DNA from: an uncultured delta proteobacterium
GTDB taxonomy: Bacteria; Desulfobacterota; Syntrophorhabdia; Syntrophorhabdales; WCHB1-27
Reading direction: 5' to 3'
Length of the DNA: 64,000 nt
Assembly: GCA_963810935.1 (NCBI GenBank)
Contig: CAWEPK010000009.1
Location: 32,001 to 96,000, forward strand
The notes under the pieces were generated by a model, which saw only the letters and a list, made by a program, of their open reading frames with translations, was not told the DNA's origin and did not search any database. Position 1 is the first letter of the stretch, and the number at the start of each line of letters is the position of its first letter. Positions 10,020 to 20,337 of this stretch are shown in pieces. Position numbers and translations under genes: made by a program.

Positions 10020-10048
10020 TTGACAGCAAACTCCCGGTGGGCGATACT
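10020..10048 (+). promoter_or_regulatory. Sigma-70 promoter, likely giving a leaderless uvrD transcript
   Basis: TTGACA-17 nt-GATACT, 6 nt before GTG at 10055. Confidence 0.6.
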
Positions 10049-10054
10049 CTTTTG

Positions 10055-12037
10055 GTGAAAAAGTATACACTGCATCGCGACCTTTCGCCCCGCAAGCTGC
10101 TTCTCGATTATGAAAATGAGCTGAACCCGGAGCAGCTCGCCATAGTCACGGCAGCCGACGGCCCCATCCTCGTCATAGCGGGAGCCGGCAGCGGGAAGAC
10201 CAGGGTCGTCACCTACAGGGTCGCCCGGCTGCTCGAACAAGGCGTTGCGCCGAATTCCATCCTTCTGCTTACCTTCACCAACAAGGCCGCCAGGGAGATG
10301 CTGCACCGCGTGGAGCATCTCATCAAGATGGATACACGCTACATATGGGGCGGCACGTTCCACCACGTGGGCAACCTGATCCTGCGCCAGAACAGCCGCA
10401 AAATCGACTTCAAGCCGAACTTCGCCATCCTCGACAACGAGGACGCGAAGGACATAATAGACCTGGCCGTGAAGGAGGCGGGGATCGACACGAAAGAGAG
10501 GCGGTTCCCCAAGGGCAACGTGCTGAAGGAGATATTCAGCTACGGCATCAACACGATGGAGGGCCTCGAACACTCCATCAATACGCGGTTCCCCTACTTC
10601 ATCGATATTCTGGACGAGATCGATGCGGTAAGGAGGAAGTACGCGGAGAAGAAGAAAGCATCGAACGCCATGGATTTCGACGACCTTCTCCTTTACTGGC
10701 ACGCCTTGCTCGCCCAGGACGAGGCCCTTCGGAAATACTACGCCTCGGTCTTTACCCACATCCTGGTCGACGAGTACCAGGACACGAACAGGGTACAGGC
10801 GGAGATCGTCGATTTCATGGGACTGGTAAACAGGAACGTCACGGTCGTGGGCGACGACGCCCAGTCGATCTATTCCTTCAGGGGAGCGAACTTCCGCAAC
10901 ATCCTGGAATTCCCCAAGCGTTACCCGGAGGCGAAGGTCTTCAGGCTGGAGACGAACTACAGGAGCACGCCTGAAATCCTCGACCTGGCGAACCACTCCA
11001 TCTCGCACAACAGCGAGCAGTTCGAGAAGAACCTCAAGGCGGTAAAGAACAGCGGGATAACGCCGGTCGTCACGTCCCTCAGAGACGTCATCCAGCAGGC
11101 GGAATTCGTCGCCCAGAGGATACTCGAGCTGCGCGACGACGGTGTCCCCCTGAACGAGATCGCCGTCCTCTATCGCGCCCACTACCATTCGATGGAATTG
11201 CAGATGGAGCTGACCCGGCGGGACATCCCGTTCGAGATCAGGAGCGGGCTGCGGTTCTTCGAGCAGGCACACATCAAGGACGTGGTGGCCTACCTCCGGG
11301 TGATGGTCAACCCCGGCGACGAGATCTCCTGGAAAAGGATCCTCAGGATGTCCCCCCGCATAGGCAAGAAGACGGCCGACAATATTTATGAATATTTAAA
11401 GGGTAACGACAACCCCGTAGAGCTCTTTATCAATAAAGAGATAGGCAAGCATTTCAAGTCGATGCAGCAGGAAACGGTGGATAAGCTGTCGAAGCTCTTC
11501 GGCGAGCTGGAGGGCCTTGCCAAGTACGATGCCCTTTCGGATATGCTTTCCGCCGTCCTGAGCAACGGATATATGGAATACCTGCGGTACACGTACCCCA
11601 ACCATGAGAACCGCCTGGAGGACATAAACCAGCTCATCAATTTTTCGAGTGACTACGATTCGCTGGTCAACTTCCTCTCCGAGCTAAGCCTCATGAGCGG
11701 TATCAGCGGAGAAGAGGTCGTGTCAGGCGCCACGGACGACGAACGGGTCGTCCTCTCCACCATCCACCAGGCGAAAGGCCTCGAATGGAAGGCGGTTTTT
11801 GTGATCTGGTGCGCGGAGGGGCGCTTCCCAAACCCGAAAGCCGTCGAAGAAGGCGGGACCGAGGAGGAAAGGCGGCTCTTCTACGTGGCCGTCACGCGCG
11901 CCATGGACGAGTTGTACCTCTGCTACCCCCTGATGGTTTTCGACAGGCAGGTCGGCTCGGTGATCCTGCGGCCTTCCCGTTTTGTCGCGGAGCTTGAGTC
12001 TGCGCACTACGAAGAATGGCAGATAGGTGAGGTCTGA
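10055..12037 (+). CDS. UvrD/PcrA/Rep family ATP-dependent DNA helicase
   Basis: AGAGSGKT, TFTNKAA, VDEYQDTN, NYRS, STIHQAKGLE, EERRLFYVAVTRA; start taken as GTG 10055. Confidence 0.93.
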   Translation: MKKYTLHRDLSPRKLLLDYENELNPEQLAIVTAADGPILVIAGAGSGKTRVVTYRVARLLEQGVAPNSILLLTFTNKAAREMLHRVEHLIKMDTRYIWGGTFHHVGNLILRQNSRKIDFKPNFAILDNEDAKDIIDLAVKEAGIDTKERRFPKGNVLKEIFSYGINTMEGLEHSINTRFPYFIDILDEIDAVRRKYAEKKKASNAMDFDDLLLYWHALLAQDEALRKYYASVFTHILVDEYQDTNRVQAEIVDFMGLVNRNVTVVGDDAQSIYSFRGANFRNILEFPKRYPEAKVFRLETNYRSTPEILDLANHSISHNSEQFEKNLKAVKNSGITPVVTSLRDVIQQAEFVAQRILELRDDGVPLNEIAVLYRAHYHSMELQMELTRRDIPFEIRSGLRFFEQAHIKDVVAYLRVMVNPGDEISWKRILRMSPRIGKKTADNIYEYLKGNDNPVELFINKEIGKHFKSMQQETVDKLSKLFGELEGLAKYDALSDMLSAVLSNGYMEYLRYTYPNHENRLEDINQLINFSSDYDSLVNFLSELSLMSGISGEEVVSGATDDERVVLSTIHQAKGLEWKAVFVIWCAEGRFPNPKAVEEGGTEEERRLFYVAVTRAMDELYLCYPLMVFDRQVGSVILRPSRFVAELESAHYEEWQIGEV

Positions 12038-12441
12038 TGTCTACACTCCTTCGGACATGGCAACTGGCGAACGGCCTCAAAATAGAGATATTCGACGACT
12101 CGGTCGGCTACTACGGCGATTACTCCAGCGTCAAGCTCGTGATACGATGCAAGGTCGGCGTCAAAAAAGCATACCTGTGCTCCTTCGAGTCGCACCCCCG
12201 CTACAGTGAGGTCGTGGAGGTCTTAGCCAGCGAGGCGGAATACCTGCGGGAGATCACAAAGCCGGGCGTGCCGGGCAAAAGCCTCGCAGGGGTCAAAGCC
12301 TTTCTGGTGGACAAGTTCGAGGAGAACGCCCTCGGTTATATGGAGCGCGCGAATTTTCCCGAACGGTTCATACAAAAGAAATTCGAGGAAATAGCGAAAC
12401 AATTGTCAAAAGAGGACCACGCGGCCGATGGAGACCGATAG
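12037..12441 (+). CDS. Hypothetical protein
   Basis: 134-aa ORF translationally coupled to the helicase (TGATG) and overlapping rsmE. Confidence 0.75.
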   Translation: MSTLLRTWQLANGLKIEIFDDSVGYYGDYSSVKLVIRCKVGVKKAYLCSFESHPRYSEVVEVLASEAEYLREITKPGVPGKSLAGVKAFLVDKFEENALGYMERANFPERFIQKKFEEIAKQLSKEDHAADGDR

Positions 12442-13117
12442 GCGGGTGCCCCTTTCGCTCCTGTCGGAGACGAGGAGGGGCGCCATCGTTACGGTCGAGG
12501 GTGAAGGCGGCGAATACAGGGGCCGCATTGTCCGCATCGACGGGGAGGAAGCCGAGATACGCGTTTTCGAGGAACTTCCTTTCGGGAGTGAATCGCCCCT
12601 CCATATAATCCTTATCCAGGCGGTCCCGAAAAAGGAGCGTATGGAGCTTATCATCCAAAAGGCGACCGAGCTGGGCGCAGCGGCTGTTTTCCCATGCACA
12701 TCGGAGCGGAGCGTCGCCCGGGAGGCCGGCGGCGGGCAGGATAAATCACACCGATGGCAGGCGGTGGCGCGTCGGGCCGTCGAGCAGTGCAGAAGGCGCA
12801 TCGTGCCGCATGTTGCGCCGTGGCGGACCTTCGAAGAGGTTGTCTCTGATGCGGCCGCGTGCGGCGGCCTCAAGCTCATCCTCTACGAAAAAGAGCGGGG
12901 CACTCGCCTTACGGACTTCCTCAAACAAGCGGAAGGAGAAAGGCCCGAAAGGGTAGTCATAGCGTGCGGACCCGAAGGCGGCTTCACCGAAAACGAGGTC
13001 CTGACAGCAATCACAAATGGTTTTATCCCGGTAAGCCTGGGCGGACGAGTGTTGCGCTGCGAGACGGCCGGCCCGGCGGTGCTTTCGATCCTTCAGCATG
13101 AATGGGGGGATATTTAG
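12428..13117 (+). CDS. rsmE: 16S rRNA m3U1498 methyltransferase
   Basis: IIQKATELG, AVEQCRR, GPEGGFT, LGGRVLRCETA; N-terminus is short. Confidence 0.9.
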   Translation: METDRRVPLSLLSETRRGAIVTVEGEGGEYRGRIVRIDGEEAEIRVFEELPFGSESPLHIILIQAVPKKERMELIIQKATELGAAAVFPCTSERSVAREAGGGQDKSHRWQAVARRAVEQCRRRIVPHVAPWRTFEEVVSDAAACGGLKLILYEKERGTRLTDFLKQAEGERPERVVIACGPEGGFTENEVLTAITNGFIPVSLGGRVLRCETAGPAVLSILQHEWGDI

Positions 13118-13138
13118 CGAAACGGACCGGGCAACGCG

Positions 13139-13375
13139 CTACTCCCACTCCTCATTTATCTTTCGTATACCCGCGTAGTAGCAGCATTGCTGGCTCCTGA
13201 AGTTGTTGTCGAAAACGCGGACATTCCCGTCCCCGAAACTTATGCGGACATAGCAGAAGCCGCCGGGCACTTCTGACGTCCTTTCCTCCACCACGACGCC
13301 CCTGCCCCAGCGTCTGTAGTGCTTGTGAAAAACATGGTCTCCCACCCTCAAATACAGGCGGTGCTCCCTTTCCAT
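13139..13375 (-). CDS. Small SH3-like protein (DUF3553-like)
   Basis: VGDHVFH...WGRGVVVEE...VRISFGDG; preceded by TTGAAA-17 nt-TATTCT, 6 nt before the ATG. Confidence 0.7.
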   Translation of the reverse strand: MEREHRLYLRVGDHVFHKHYRRWGRGVVVEERTSEVPGGFCYVRISFGDGNVRVFDNNFRSQQCCYYAGIRKINEEWE

Positions 13376-13513
13376 GGAAAAAGAATATATCATCAAATAG
13401 CCTATTTCAAGGGTGTCCGGCCCCGGCCGGTCTCCGGCCGGCAGATTGCATTGCGGCCTCCTTTGTAGCATAATCACTCAAGGGGCAAACACCCACAGGA
13501 GGGAGGCGATCGG

Positions 13514-14500
13514 ATGGACAGGGAGACCATACTACTCACCGGCGCCGCCGGGTTCATCGGATGGGAAACAGGCAAGAAACTCCTCGCGGAAGGCAGGCGC
13601 GTGGTCGGCGTCGACAACCTCAACGACTATTATGACGTGCGGCTGAAGGAGCACAGGCTCGCGGACCTGAAAGGCCGTGAAGGTTTCTCTTTCTACAGGG
13701 CCGATATAGAGGACATCCGGGCGTTAAGCGAGGTATTCGCTGAAAACCGTATAGACGCGGTCATCAACCTCGCGGCAAGGGCCGGCGTGCGTTACAGCAT
13801 GGAGAACCCGTTCGTCTATATGAACACGAACGCAAACGGCACCCTCAACCTGCTGGAGCTGATGCGAAAATACCGAGTAAAGAAGATGGTGCTCGCCTCA
13901 ACGTCTTCACTCTACGCGGGCCAGAAGATACCCTTCTCCGAGGAACTTCCCGTCAATACGCCGATCTCTCCATATGCGGCATCGAAAAAAGCGGCCGAGG
14001 CGATGCTCTACACGTACCACTACCTTTTCGGCATCGACGCCTCCGTCGTGCGGTATTTCACCGTCTACGGCCCCGCCGGAAGGCCGGACATGAGCATCTT
14101 CAGGTTCATCAAATGGGTCGATGAGGGCAGCGAGCTGGTCCTTTACGGCGATGGGTCGCAGAGCCGCGATTTTACCTTCGTCTCCGATATAGCGGAGGGC
14201 ACTGTAAGGGCGCTCAAACCCGTCGGCTTCGAGGTCATCAACCTGGGTAACAGCACGCCCCACGAGCTGAATGAGGTAATCTCGCTTATCGAGCAATACC
14301 TGGGCAAGAAGGCCGTTGTACGAAGGGAGCCGTTCCAGAAAACGGACATGGCTGCGACATGGGCGGATATCGGGAAGGCAAAGCGCCTCCTCAACTGGTC
14401 GCCGCAGGTGCCCCTCGCCGAAGGGCTCAAGGCCACGGTCGACTGGCACGTACAAAACAAGAAGTGGGCCGGCGACCTCGTAATCGACATGACTAAATGA
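13514..14500 (+). CDS. NAD-dependent epimerase (UDP-glucuronate 4-epimerase-like)
   Basis: TGAAGFIG, LAARAGVRYS, YAASKK, FTVYGPAGRPDM. Confidence 0.92.
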   Translation: MDRETILLTGAAGFIGWETGKKLLAEGRRVVGVDNLNDYYDVRLKEHRLADLKGREGFSFYRADIEDIRALSEVFAENRIDAVINLAARAGVRYSMENPFVYMNTNANGTLNLLELMRKYRVKKMVLASTSSLYAGQKIPFSEELPVNTPISPYAASKKAAEAMLYTYHYLFGIDASVVRYFTVYGPAGRPDMSIFRFIKWVDEGSELVLYGDGSQSRDFTFVSDIAEGTVRALKPVGFEVINLGNSTPHELNEVISLIEQYLGKKAVVRREPFQKTDMAATWADIGKAKRLLNWSPQVPLAEGLKATVDWHVQNKKWAGDLVIDMTK

Positions 14501-14573
14501 GCGTGCTGCGCATAAGGTGGGCGACGGGCCGGGTGGATGGAACGGCGCGTTGCACTGTGTGGTATAATCCGGA

Positions 14574-15203
14574 ATGAAAAAGATTATTTCCTTCGACCTC
14601 GACGGCACCCTCGTTGACGGGCTGTACGGCAACATGGTCTGGCTGGACGGCATTCCCGGGGTCTACGCCGAAAGGCGCGGGATGTCCAGGACTGAAGCCG
14701 CGTCCGAGGTCAAGAAGGCATACGATTCGATCGGTGAATCGCATCTCTTGTGGTACGACATCGGCTACTGGCTCCGCCGCTTCGACCTTGCCGTTTCTGT
14801 CCCCGACCTCCTCGACCGCTATGCCGACTACATACGCCCGCTTCCGCACGTGACCGAGGTATTAGAGGCGCTCAGCGCGAAGTACCGCCTTGTCATCGCC
14901 TCTAACGCGGCCCGACTTTTTGTCGATAAGGAGCTGGACCATACCGGCCTCGGCAGGTATTTCACCCGCACCATCTCGGCTACGAGCGATTTCGCGATGG
15001 TCAAGAAGGAAGAAGGCTTTTACCGCCGCATGTGCGCAGACCTCGACGTGTCTCCCTCGGAAGTCGCCCACGTGGGCGACCATCGCGTCTTCGATTTCGA
15101 GGTCCCCCGCCTGGCCGGCATAGATTCCTACCATTACGACCCTGCGGCCGCCGCAAACGACGGCGCGATACGAGACATGCGAGACCTTCTGGAGAGGCTA
15201 TGA
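14574..15203 (+). CDS. HAD-superfamily hydrolase
   Basis: FDLDGTL motif I, ASN, HVGD; extended -10 TGgTATAAT 5 nt upstream. Confidence 0.9.
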   Translation: MKKIISFDLDGTLVDGLYGNMVWLDGIPGVYAERRGMSRTEAASEVKKAYDSIGESHLLWYDIGYWLRRFDLAVSVPDLLDRYADYIRPLPHVTEVLEALSAKYRLVIASNAARLFVDKELDHTGLGRYFTRTISATSDFAMVKKEEGFYRRMCADLDVSPSEVAHVGDHRVFDFEVPRLAGIDSYHYDPAAAANDGAIRDMRDLLERL

Positions 15204-15472
15204 AAAAGTGCCACAAGTGCGGCGCAGCCGTGAACGTGGAAAAGGTATCGAGGCATGACGAATGCGAGAAGTGCGGGGCCGACCTGCGCGTCTGCCTGAA
15301 CTGCACATTCTATGATAAGAACAGGGCGAACGAGTGCTTCGAGCCCCAGGTGGAAAGGGTCAAAGAGAAGGACAGGTCGAATTACTGCGACTATTTCCGC
15401 TTCAAAGACGACGCCGGGCAGAAGGACCCACGCACGGATGCACAAAAGGCATGGAAGGATTTGTTCAAATAG
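15200..15472 (+). CDS. Small cysteine-rich (zinc-binding) hypothetical protein
   Basis: MKKCHKC...CEKC...CLNC...C...CDYF; ATGA overlap with the HAD gene; GGAG RBS. Confidence 0.8.
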   Translation: MKKCHKCGAAVNVEKVSRHDECEKCGADLRVCLNCTFYDKNRANECFEPQVERVKEKDRSNYCDYFRFKDDAGQKDPRTDAQKAWKDLFK

Positions 15473-15490
15473 GCAACACGCAAGGCGCCT

Positions 15491-15730
15491 CTACGAATCT
15501 TCCCGCCGCCGCGTGTAAATAATTCTGTACCTCTCCGGGTCGAGCTCGAGGCAGGCAGTGCAGCCGCCTTCCACGCATGCGGCAAGCTCTTCCTTCGGCG
15601 GAAGCGGCTCAAGGAGCACGTCGAAGCCTATCGACTCGTACATTTCCCTCATCTCCAAAAAGCGCGGCTCTTCCGCTATGAAACGCTTCTCCCACCCCTT
15701 TTGAGCCAGCTCTTCCTCGCGTCTCGTCAT
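15491..15730 (-). CDS. Small hypothetical protein with CxxC
   Basis: 79-aa ORF with GWEKRF and CTAC; TATAAT 7 nt upstream of the ATG. Confidence 0.7.
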   Translation of the reverse strand: MTRREEELAQKGWEKRFIAEEPRFLEMREMYESIGFDVLLEPLPPKEELAACVEGGCTACLELDPERYRIIYTRRREDS

Positions 15731-15738
15731 ATTAAATA

Positions 15739-16764
15739 TTATACCGGATCGCAGCCGTCCGAAGGAACGTTTTTGAAATAATCGATGGTTTGTTGCAGCC
15801 CTTCCCGTAGTTTCACTTTAGGCGTCCACTTAAGGCGGCTTTTCGCCTTGGAGATATCGGGGCATCTCCTTTTAGGGTCGTCTTCGGGCAGTTTCTTATA
15901 TACGACGGGTGATGAAGAGCCGGTCATACGGACGATCTTCTCCGCCAGCGCGCCAATCGGCGTCTCTTCCGGGTTGCCGAGGTTCAGTGGGCCGGGGAAC
16001 CCTGAGAGGTGGGGGACGGTGTAGTCCTTTTCTCTCGGGATCTCTCCCGTCTCGTAGTCCATCATCCGTATCATTCCCTCTACCATGTCGTCGATGTAGC
16101 AGAACGATCTCGTCTGCTTCCCGCTGCCGTAAATCGTGATCTCTTCGCCTGCCAGGGCCGATACGATGAAGTTGCTTATCACACGACCGTCATCGGGCCT
16201 CATCCTGGGCCCGTAAGTATTGAATATGCGGATCACCTTTATGTCAACGTTGTTCTGGCGCAGGTAATCGAAAAAGAAGGTCTCCGCCACCCTCTTGCCC
16301 TCGTCGTAGCAGCTCCTCCTGCCTACGGGGTTGACGTTCCCCCAGTACTCCTCCGTCTGAGGATGGACTTCCGGGTCGCCGTAGACTTCGCTGGTGGAAG
16401 CCTGTAATATCCTCGCCCTCACCCTCTTCGCCATACCGAGCATATTCAGGGCGCCGAGGACGTTGACTTTTATCGTCTTGACCGGATTGTACTGATAATG
16501 GATGGGGCTGGCCGGACAGGCCAGGTTGAAGATCCAATCGACTTCGAGGAGGATCGGCTGCGTGACGTCGTGCCTTACAAGCTCGAAGCCCTTGTGGTCT
16601 AGGAGCTGGGTGATATTCCGCCGCATGCCGGTAAAAAAGTTGTCCAGGCAGACGACTTCGTGCCCGTCGCGAATGAGGCGGTCGCAAAGGTGGGAGCCGA
16701 TGAACCCGGCGCCGCCCGTGACCAGAATGCGCTTAGGCTTCAGGTATGTCTTATAGGCATACAA
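15739..16764 (-). CDS. UDP-glucuronate decarboxylase (UDP-xylose synthase)
   Basis: [52 protein letters not shown] start after GGGGG. Confidence 0.92.
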   Translation of the reverse strand: MYAYKTYLKPKRILVTGGAGFIGSHLCDRLIRDGHEVVCLDNFFTGMRRNITQLLDHKGFELVRHDVTQPILLEVDWIFNLACPASPIHYQYNPVKTIKVNVLGALNMLGMAKRVRARILQASTSEVYGDPEVHPQTEEYWGNVNPVGRRSCYDEGKRVAETFFFDYLRQNNVDIKVIRIFNTYGPRMRPDDGRVISNFIVSALAGEEITIYGSGKQTRSFCYIDDMVEGMIRMMDYETGEIPREKDYTVPHLSGFPGPLNLGNPEETPIGALAEKIVRMTGSSSPVVYKKLPEDDPKRRCPDISKAKSRLKWTPKVKLREGLQQTIDYFKNVPSDGCDPV

Positions 16765-16775
16765 ATATTGTCCCC

Positions 16776-18119
16776 CTATTCCGTGCCGGCCCGCTTCGAG
16801 TCCGGCCTGCCGATGCAGATATAGGCGAAGTCGAGCCTTGCCAGCGTCTTCGGGTTGTACTGGTTCCTGCCGTCGAATATGACGGGCGCCTTCATCAGCG
16901 ATTTCATCCGCTCGAAGTCCGGCTCCCTGAAAGAGAGCCACTCTGTAAGGAGGATGAGGGCGTCGGCCCCTTCAAGCACGTCGTACTGGTTCCTGCCTAA
17001 GGTAAGGACGCCGCTCTTGAAAATGTGGGAGGCCGACTCCATCGCCTTGGGGTCGTATGCGTGCACCTGCGCGCCCGCTTCCACCAGGCCGTTGATGATG
17101 TGGATAGCCGGCGCCTCTCTCATGTCGTCGGTGTTCGGCTTGAAGGCAAGCCCCCACACCGCGAATTTCTTACCCTTTAGATCTTTTCCGTAGAACGACT
17201 TTATCCTTTCCAGGAAGTAGAAGCGCTGGGCCTCGTTTACGTCCATTACCCGCTTCAGTATCGAGAAATCATAGTCGAACTCACTGCTCGTCTTTATCAG
17301 CGCCCTTACGTCTTTCGGGAAGCAGGAGCCACCGAAGCCTACGCCCGGAAAGAGGAACTTCGGCCCGATCCGCGAATCGGTCCCTATGCCCCTCATGACC
17401 TTCATAACGTCCGCCCCTACCCGCTCGCAGACGTTCGCTATCTCGTTCATGAAGGAGATGCGCGTCGCGAGCATTGCGTTGGCCGTATACTTGGTCATCT
17501 CCGACGACCGCAGGTCCATAGAAATGAGAGGAGCGCCCGTTCTTACAAAGGGGGCGTAAAGCTCGCCGAGGATCTCCTCGACCCTGCTGTTCGGGGAGCC
17601 CACGACAATCCTCTCGGGCTTCATGCAGTCATCGACGGCCATGCCTTCCTTGAGGAATTCCGGGTTGGAGGCGATGTCGAAGGGGATATCGAGGCCGCGC
17701 TTTTCGATCTCGGCCACGATCGCGTCCCTGACCTTCTCGCAGGTACCTACCGGCACCGTCGACTTCACGACGACCACGCGGTACTTCTCGATGCACCTGC
17801 CTATGTCGCGGGCCACGCTCAGCACGTAGCGCAGGTCCGCGGACCCGTCCTCGTCCTGGGGCGTGTTCACCGCAATAAATATGATCAGGCCGTGGGCGAC
17901 GGCCTCTTCTATGCTGGTAGTGAACCGGAGACGTCCTTCGGCCAGGTTGTTCTTGACGATCTCTTCCAATTGAGGCTCGTATATGGGTATCTCGCCGTTT
18001 TGCAGGCGCTCTACCTTCATATTATCGATGTCCATGCAGACAACGGTATTTCCCGTCTCCGCGAAACACGCCCCACTCACAAGCCCTACATAGCCTACAC
18101 CGACCACCGAAATGCGCAT
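16776..18119 (-). CDS. ugd: UDP-glucose 6-dehydrogenase
   Basis: [43 protein letters not shown]. Confidence 0.95.
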   Translation of the reverse strand: MRISVVGVGYVGLVSGACFAETGNTVVCMDIDNMKVERLQNGEIPIYEPQLEEIVKNNLAEGRLRFTTSIEEAVAHGLIIFIAVNTPQDEDGSADLRYVLSVARDIGRCIEKYRVVVVKSTVPVGTCEKVRDAIVAEIEKRGLDIPFDIASNPEFLKEGMAVDDCMKPERIVVGSPNSRVEEILGELYAPFVRTGAPLISMDLRSSEMTKYTANAMLATRISFMNEIANVCERVGADVMKVMRGIGTDSRIGPKFLFPGVGFGGSCFPKDVRALIKTSSEFDYDFSILKRVMDVNEAQRFYFLERIKSFYGKDLKGKKFAVWGLAFKPNTDDMREAPAIHIINGLVEAGAQVHAYDPKAMESASHIFKSGVLTLGRNQYDVLEGADALILLTEWLSFREPDFERMKSLMKAPVIFDGRNQYNPKTLARLDFAYICIGRPDSKRAGTE

Positions 18120-18455
18120 GAGGACTCTCCTTTCGCAGAAATGGTAACGTGTATAGGCCGCTCAAGTCAACCGAAAAGGCGTAGCTCGCCCGATCCGGCC
18201 CGGCCGCCGTTTCTTAAGTTTTTTCAGTATAAGCCGATCAATTGATTAAAACGGCGTACCCACTCCTTAGCCCCGGCGGGCAAGGAGTCTGACCAAATAG
18301 ATTCACCCCGATGTTTCCCTCCAGGCGAAGCCCTGACGATTACACTCTCGCAGGGCTTCGTCCCCCTCCTTACATAATGGATCGACAAAAGGGTCGACTC
18401 AGGCGGCATGTTTCGACAAGATTGTTCGCAGCGCGCCGCCTGGCCTGCACTTCTT

Positions 18456-18878
18456 TTACTCGGCGTCGGGTACCCATGCCTTGTGGTCGGGCACCCAGCG
18501 GCCGTTCACGGTTTGGCCCGGCACATCGACCCATTGCCCCCTGCTCGGTACAGGAGGTCCGGGGGCCGTTGCCTGTGGAGGCGGGGGAGCCGTATAGGCC
18601 GGCGCAGGGGGCGGCGCATATGCCGGGGCGGGGGCCGCGTAAACGGCAGGCGGGGCGCTGTAGACAACCGCAGGCGGCGGGTAGGCGTAAACGGGCGGGG
18701 GGGCGGCGTACCACGGCCGCGCCAGTGCGGCGCCGAGCACTACTCCGCCGGCGAAAAGGCCGGGTCCGTACCAGCCGCGGCCATGCCAGCCGCGCCACGC
18801 ATGGCTTTCCACCGGAATAAGAAGAAGAGAGATACCGACGAGCACCGCCACTGCCAAAACAAGGTTTTTCCTTCCCAT
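18456..18878 (-). CDS. Secreted proline-rich hypothetical protein
   Basis: GGAGGTG RBS, signal peptide, P/A/Y-rich repeats, C-terminal WVxVPG...WVPxH. Confidence 0.75.
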   Translation of the reverse strand: MGRKNLVLAVAVLVGISLLLIPVESHAWRGWHGRGWYGPGLFAGGVVLGAALARPWYAAPPPVYAYPPPAVVYSAPPAVYAAPAPAYAPPPAPAYTAPPPPQATAPGPPVPSRGQWVDVPGQTVNGRWVPDHKAWVPDAE

Positions 18879-18917
18879 AGCCACACCTCCTGGTGCAAAT
18901 GTATACACAATCGGCAA

Positions 18918-18933
18918 AGCAAGTTGTGTGCCA
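18918..18933 (-). promoter_or_regulatory. Sigma-54 promoter
   Basis: TGGCAC-ACAAC-TTGCT, perfect -24/-12 consensus, about 40 nt upstream of the proline-rich gene. Confidence 0.75.
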
Positions 18934-18963
18934 CCGGCGCAGCAGACCGTCGCCGCCCTGCCG

Positions 18964-18990
18964 TGTAACCTTTAGTCGGAAACAGGCGAC
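18964..18990 (+). promoter_or_regulatory. Putative autoregulatory ECF-sigma promoter
   Basis: TGTAAC-17 nt-CGAC (AAC/CGw-type ECF consensus) directly upstream of the ECF sigma gene. Confidence 0.6.
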
Positions 18991-19035
18991 TATATGGTTA
19001 AGGATTACCTTGAGTTGGGTTATAATACAGTAGTT

Positions 19036-19632
19036 ATGGAAGATGCTCCCCACCAGGACGACGCAGAGGTCGTCCGCCGAGTTATAGACGGCGATGTCAA
19101 TGCTTTTCGCTACCTGGTCGAGAGATACGAAAACGTCGTGGCCGGGGTCGTAAGAAAACACGTGCCTTACGACTACCTGGACGACACGGTGCAGGACGCC
19201 TTCTTCAGGGCTTACCGGTCGCTGCCCACTTTTAAGAACGGCAGCTTCCCGGTCTGGCTCTCCGTAATATCGGTACGGGCGTGCTACGACTTTTGGAGGG
19301 CACGGTACAAGTGCCCGGAGCTTCCCGTAAGCGCCTTTACCGAGCGGCATCAGGCATGGCTCGAGGAAGCGCTTTCGGATATGTCGAGCGAGTCATACCG
19401 CGAGAAAGGCCTCCAGAAAGAGGCCGGGGAGGTGCTCGATTACGCCCTCGGAAACCTCTCGCCCGGTGACAGGATGGCGCTCGAGCTTGTCTACCTGGAA
19501 GGCAGGTCGATCAAGGAGGCGGCGGCGCTCCTCGGCTGGTCTTCCACAAACGTGAAGGTGCGGCTCTTTCGCTCCCGGAGAAAGCTCCGGGAGCTGCTAA
19601 CCAAACAAAACGGAGAAAGGAGCGATCGATGA
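19036..19632 (+). CDS. ECF RNA polymerase sigma factor
   Basis: AFRYLVERY, DTVQDAFFRAY, WLSVI, EAAALLG, NVKVRLFRSR; start ATG 19036 (alternative 18994). Confidence 0.92.
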   Translation: MEDAPHQDDAEVVRRVIDGDVNAFRYLVERYENVVAGVVRKHVPYDYLDDTVQDAFFRAYRSLPTFKNGSFPVWLSVISVRACYDFWRARYKCPELPVSAFTERHQAWLEEALSDMSSESYREKGLQKEAGEVLDYALGNLSPGDRMALELVYLEGRSIKEAAALLGWSSTNVKVRLFRSRRKLRELLTKQNGERSDR

Positions 19633-19949
19633 ATATTTTCGATCCCGACCGGAACAAACTTGACGCTATACTCAAGCAGGCTTACCGCGCGAGGGACAAC
19701 GCGCGGACAAGCGCACGCCTGTGCGACAGGGTTATGATGCGCGTACGGCAGGCCGGCCCATCCGGGTCCGGGGAGCGAGACGCGGCCGGGCTTGAAGAGC
19801 TGGCTTGGCGGCTCGCCCCTGTTTCCTGCGTCCTTACGGTCGCGCTGATCTTCCTGTTGGTCACTTTCGGCTCGGTCTCCGCCGACCCTCTCCAGTCGTT
19901 CTTCAGCAGCACGGAAGAGGCAGCGATGACACAGGTATTAGGGGTATAG
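19629..19949 (+). CDS. Putative membrane anti-sigma factor
   Basis: Coupled to the sigma gene; DRVMMRV motif plus a single TM helix. Confidence 0.7.
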   Translation: MNIFDPDRNKLDAILKQAYRARDNARTSARLCDRVMMRVRQAGPSGSGERDAAGLEELAWRLAPVSCVLTVALIFLLVTFGSVSADPLQSFFSSTEEAAMTQVLGV

Positions 19950-19959
19950 GAGGGGCACT

Positions 19960-20337
19960 ATGACGAAGTGGAGATCCTTTGCCGGTGTAGCGCTCGTGCT
20001 CCTTTTGGGCATCGTTATCGGGTCGGTGGGCACCCATTTTTACATGCAGCACAGGTTTCACCACTTCCCCGACCACGAAGCAAGGACAGAGCGCCTCATG
20101 GAGAGGCTAACAAAAAAGCTGGCCCTTTCGGAGCAACAGGAGCAGGCAATAAGGCCGATAGTCAACCGCATGGCCGAAAGGCTACGTGCGCATTTTCTCG
20201 AGACAAGGCCGGAAGCGGAAAAAATCGTGGAGGAGAGTTTCGCCGATGTACGGAAGCTGCTCAACGAAGACCAGAACAAGAAACTCGACAAGCTCAGGGA
20301 AAACTTTCACAGGCGAAGACCGGGATGGAATAGATGA
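19960..20337 (+). CDS. Periplasmic helical protein (Spy/CpxP/heavy-metal sensor-like)
   Basis: N-terminal TM anchor; LxLSEQQ and LLNEDQ repeats. Confidence 0.7.
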   Translation: MTKWRSFAGVALVLLLGIVIGSVGTHFYMQHRFHHFPDHEARTERLMERLTKKLALSEQQEQAIRPIVNRMAERLRAHFLETRPEAEKIVEESFADVRKLLNEDQNKKLDKLRENFHRRRPGWNR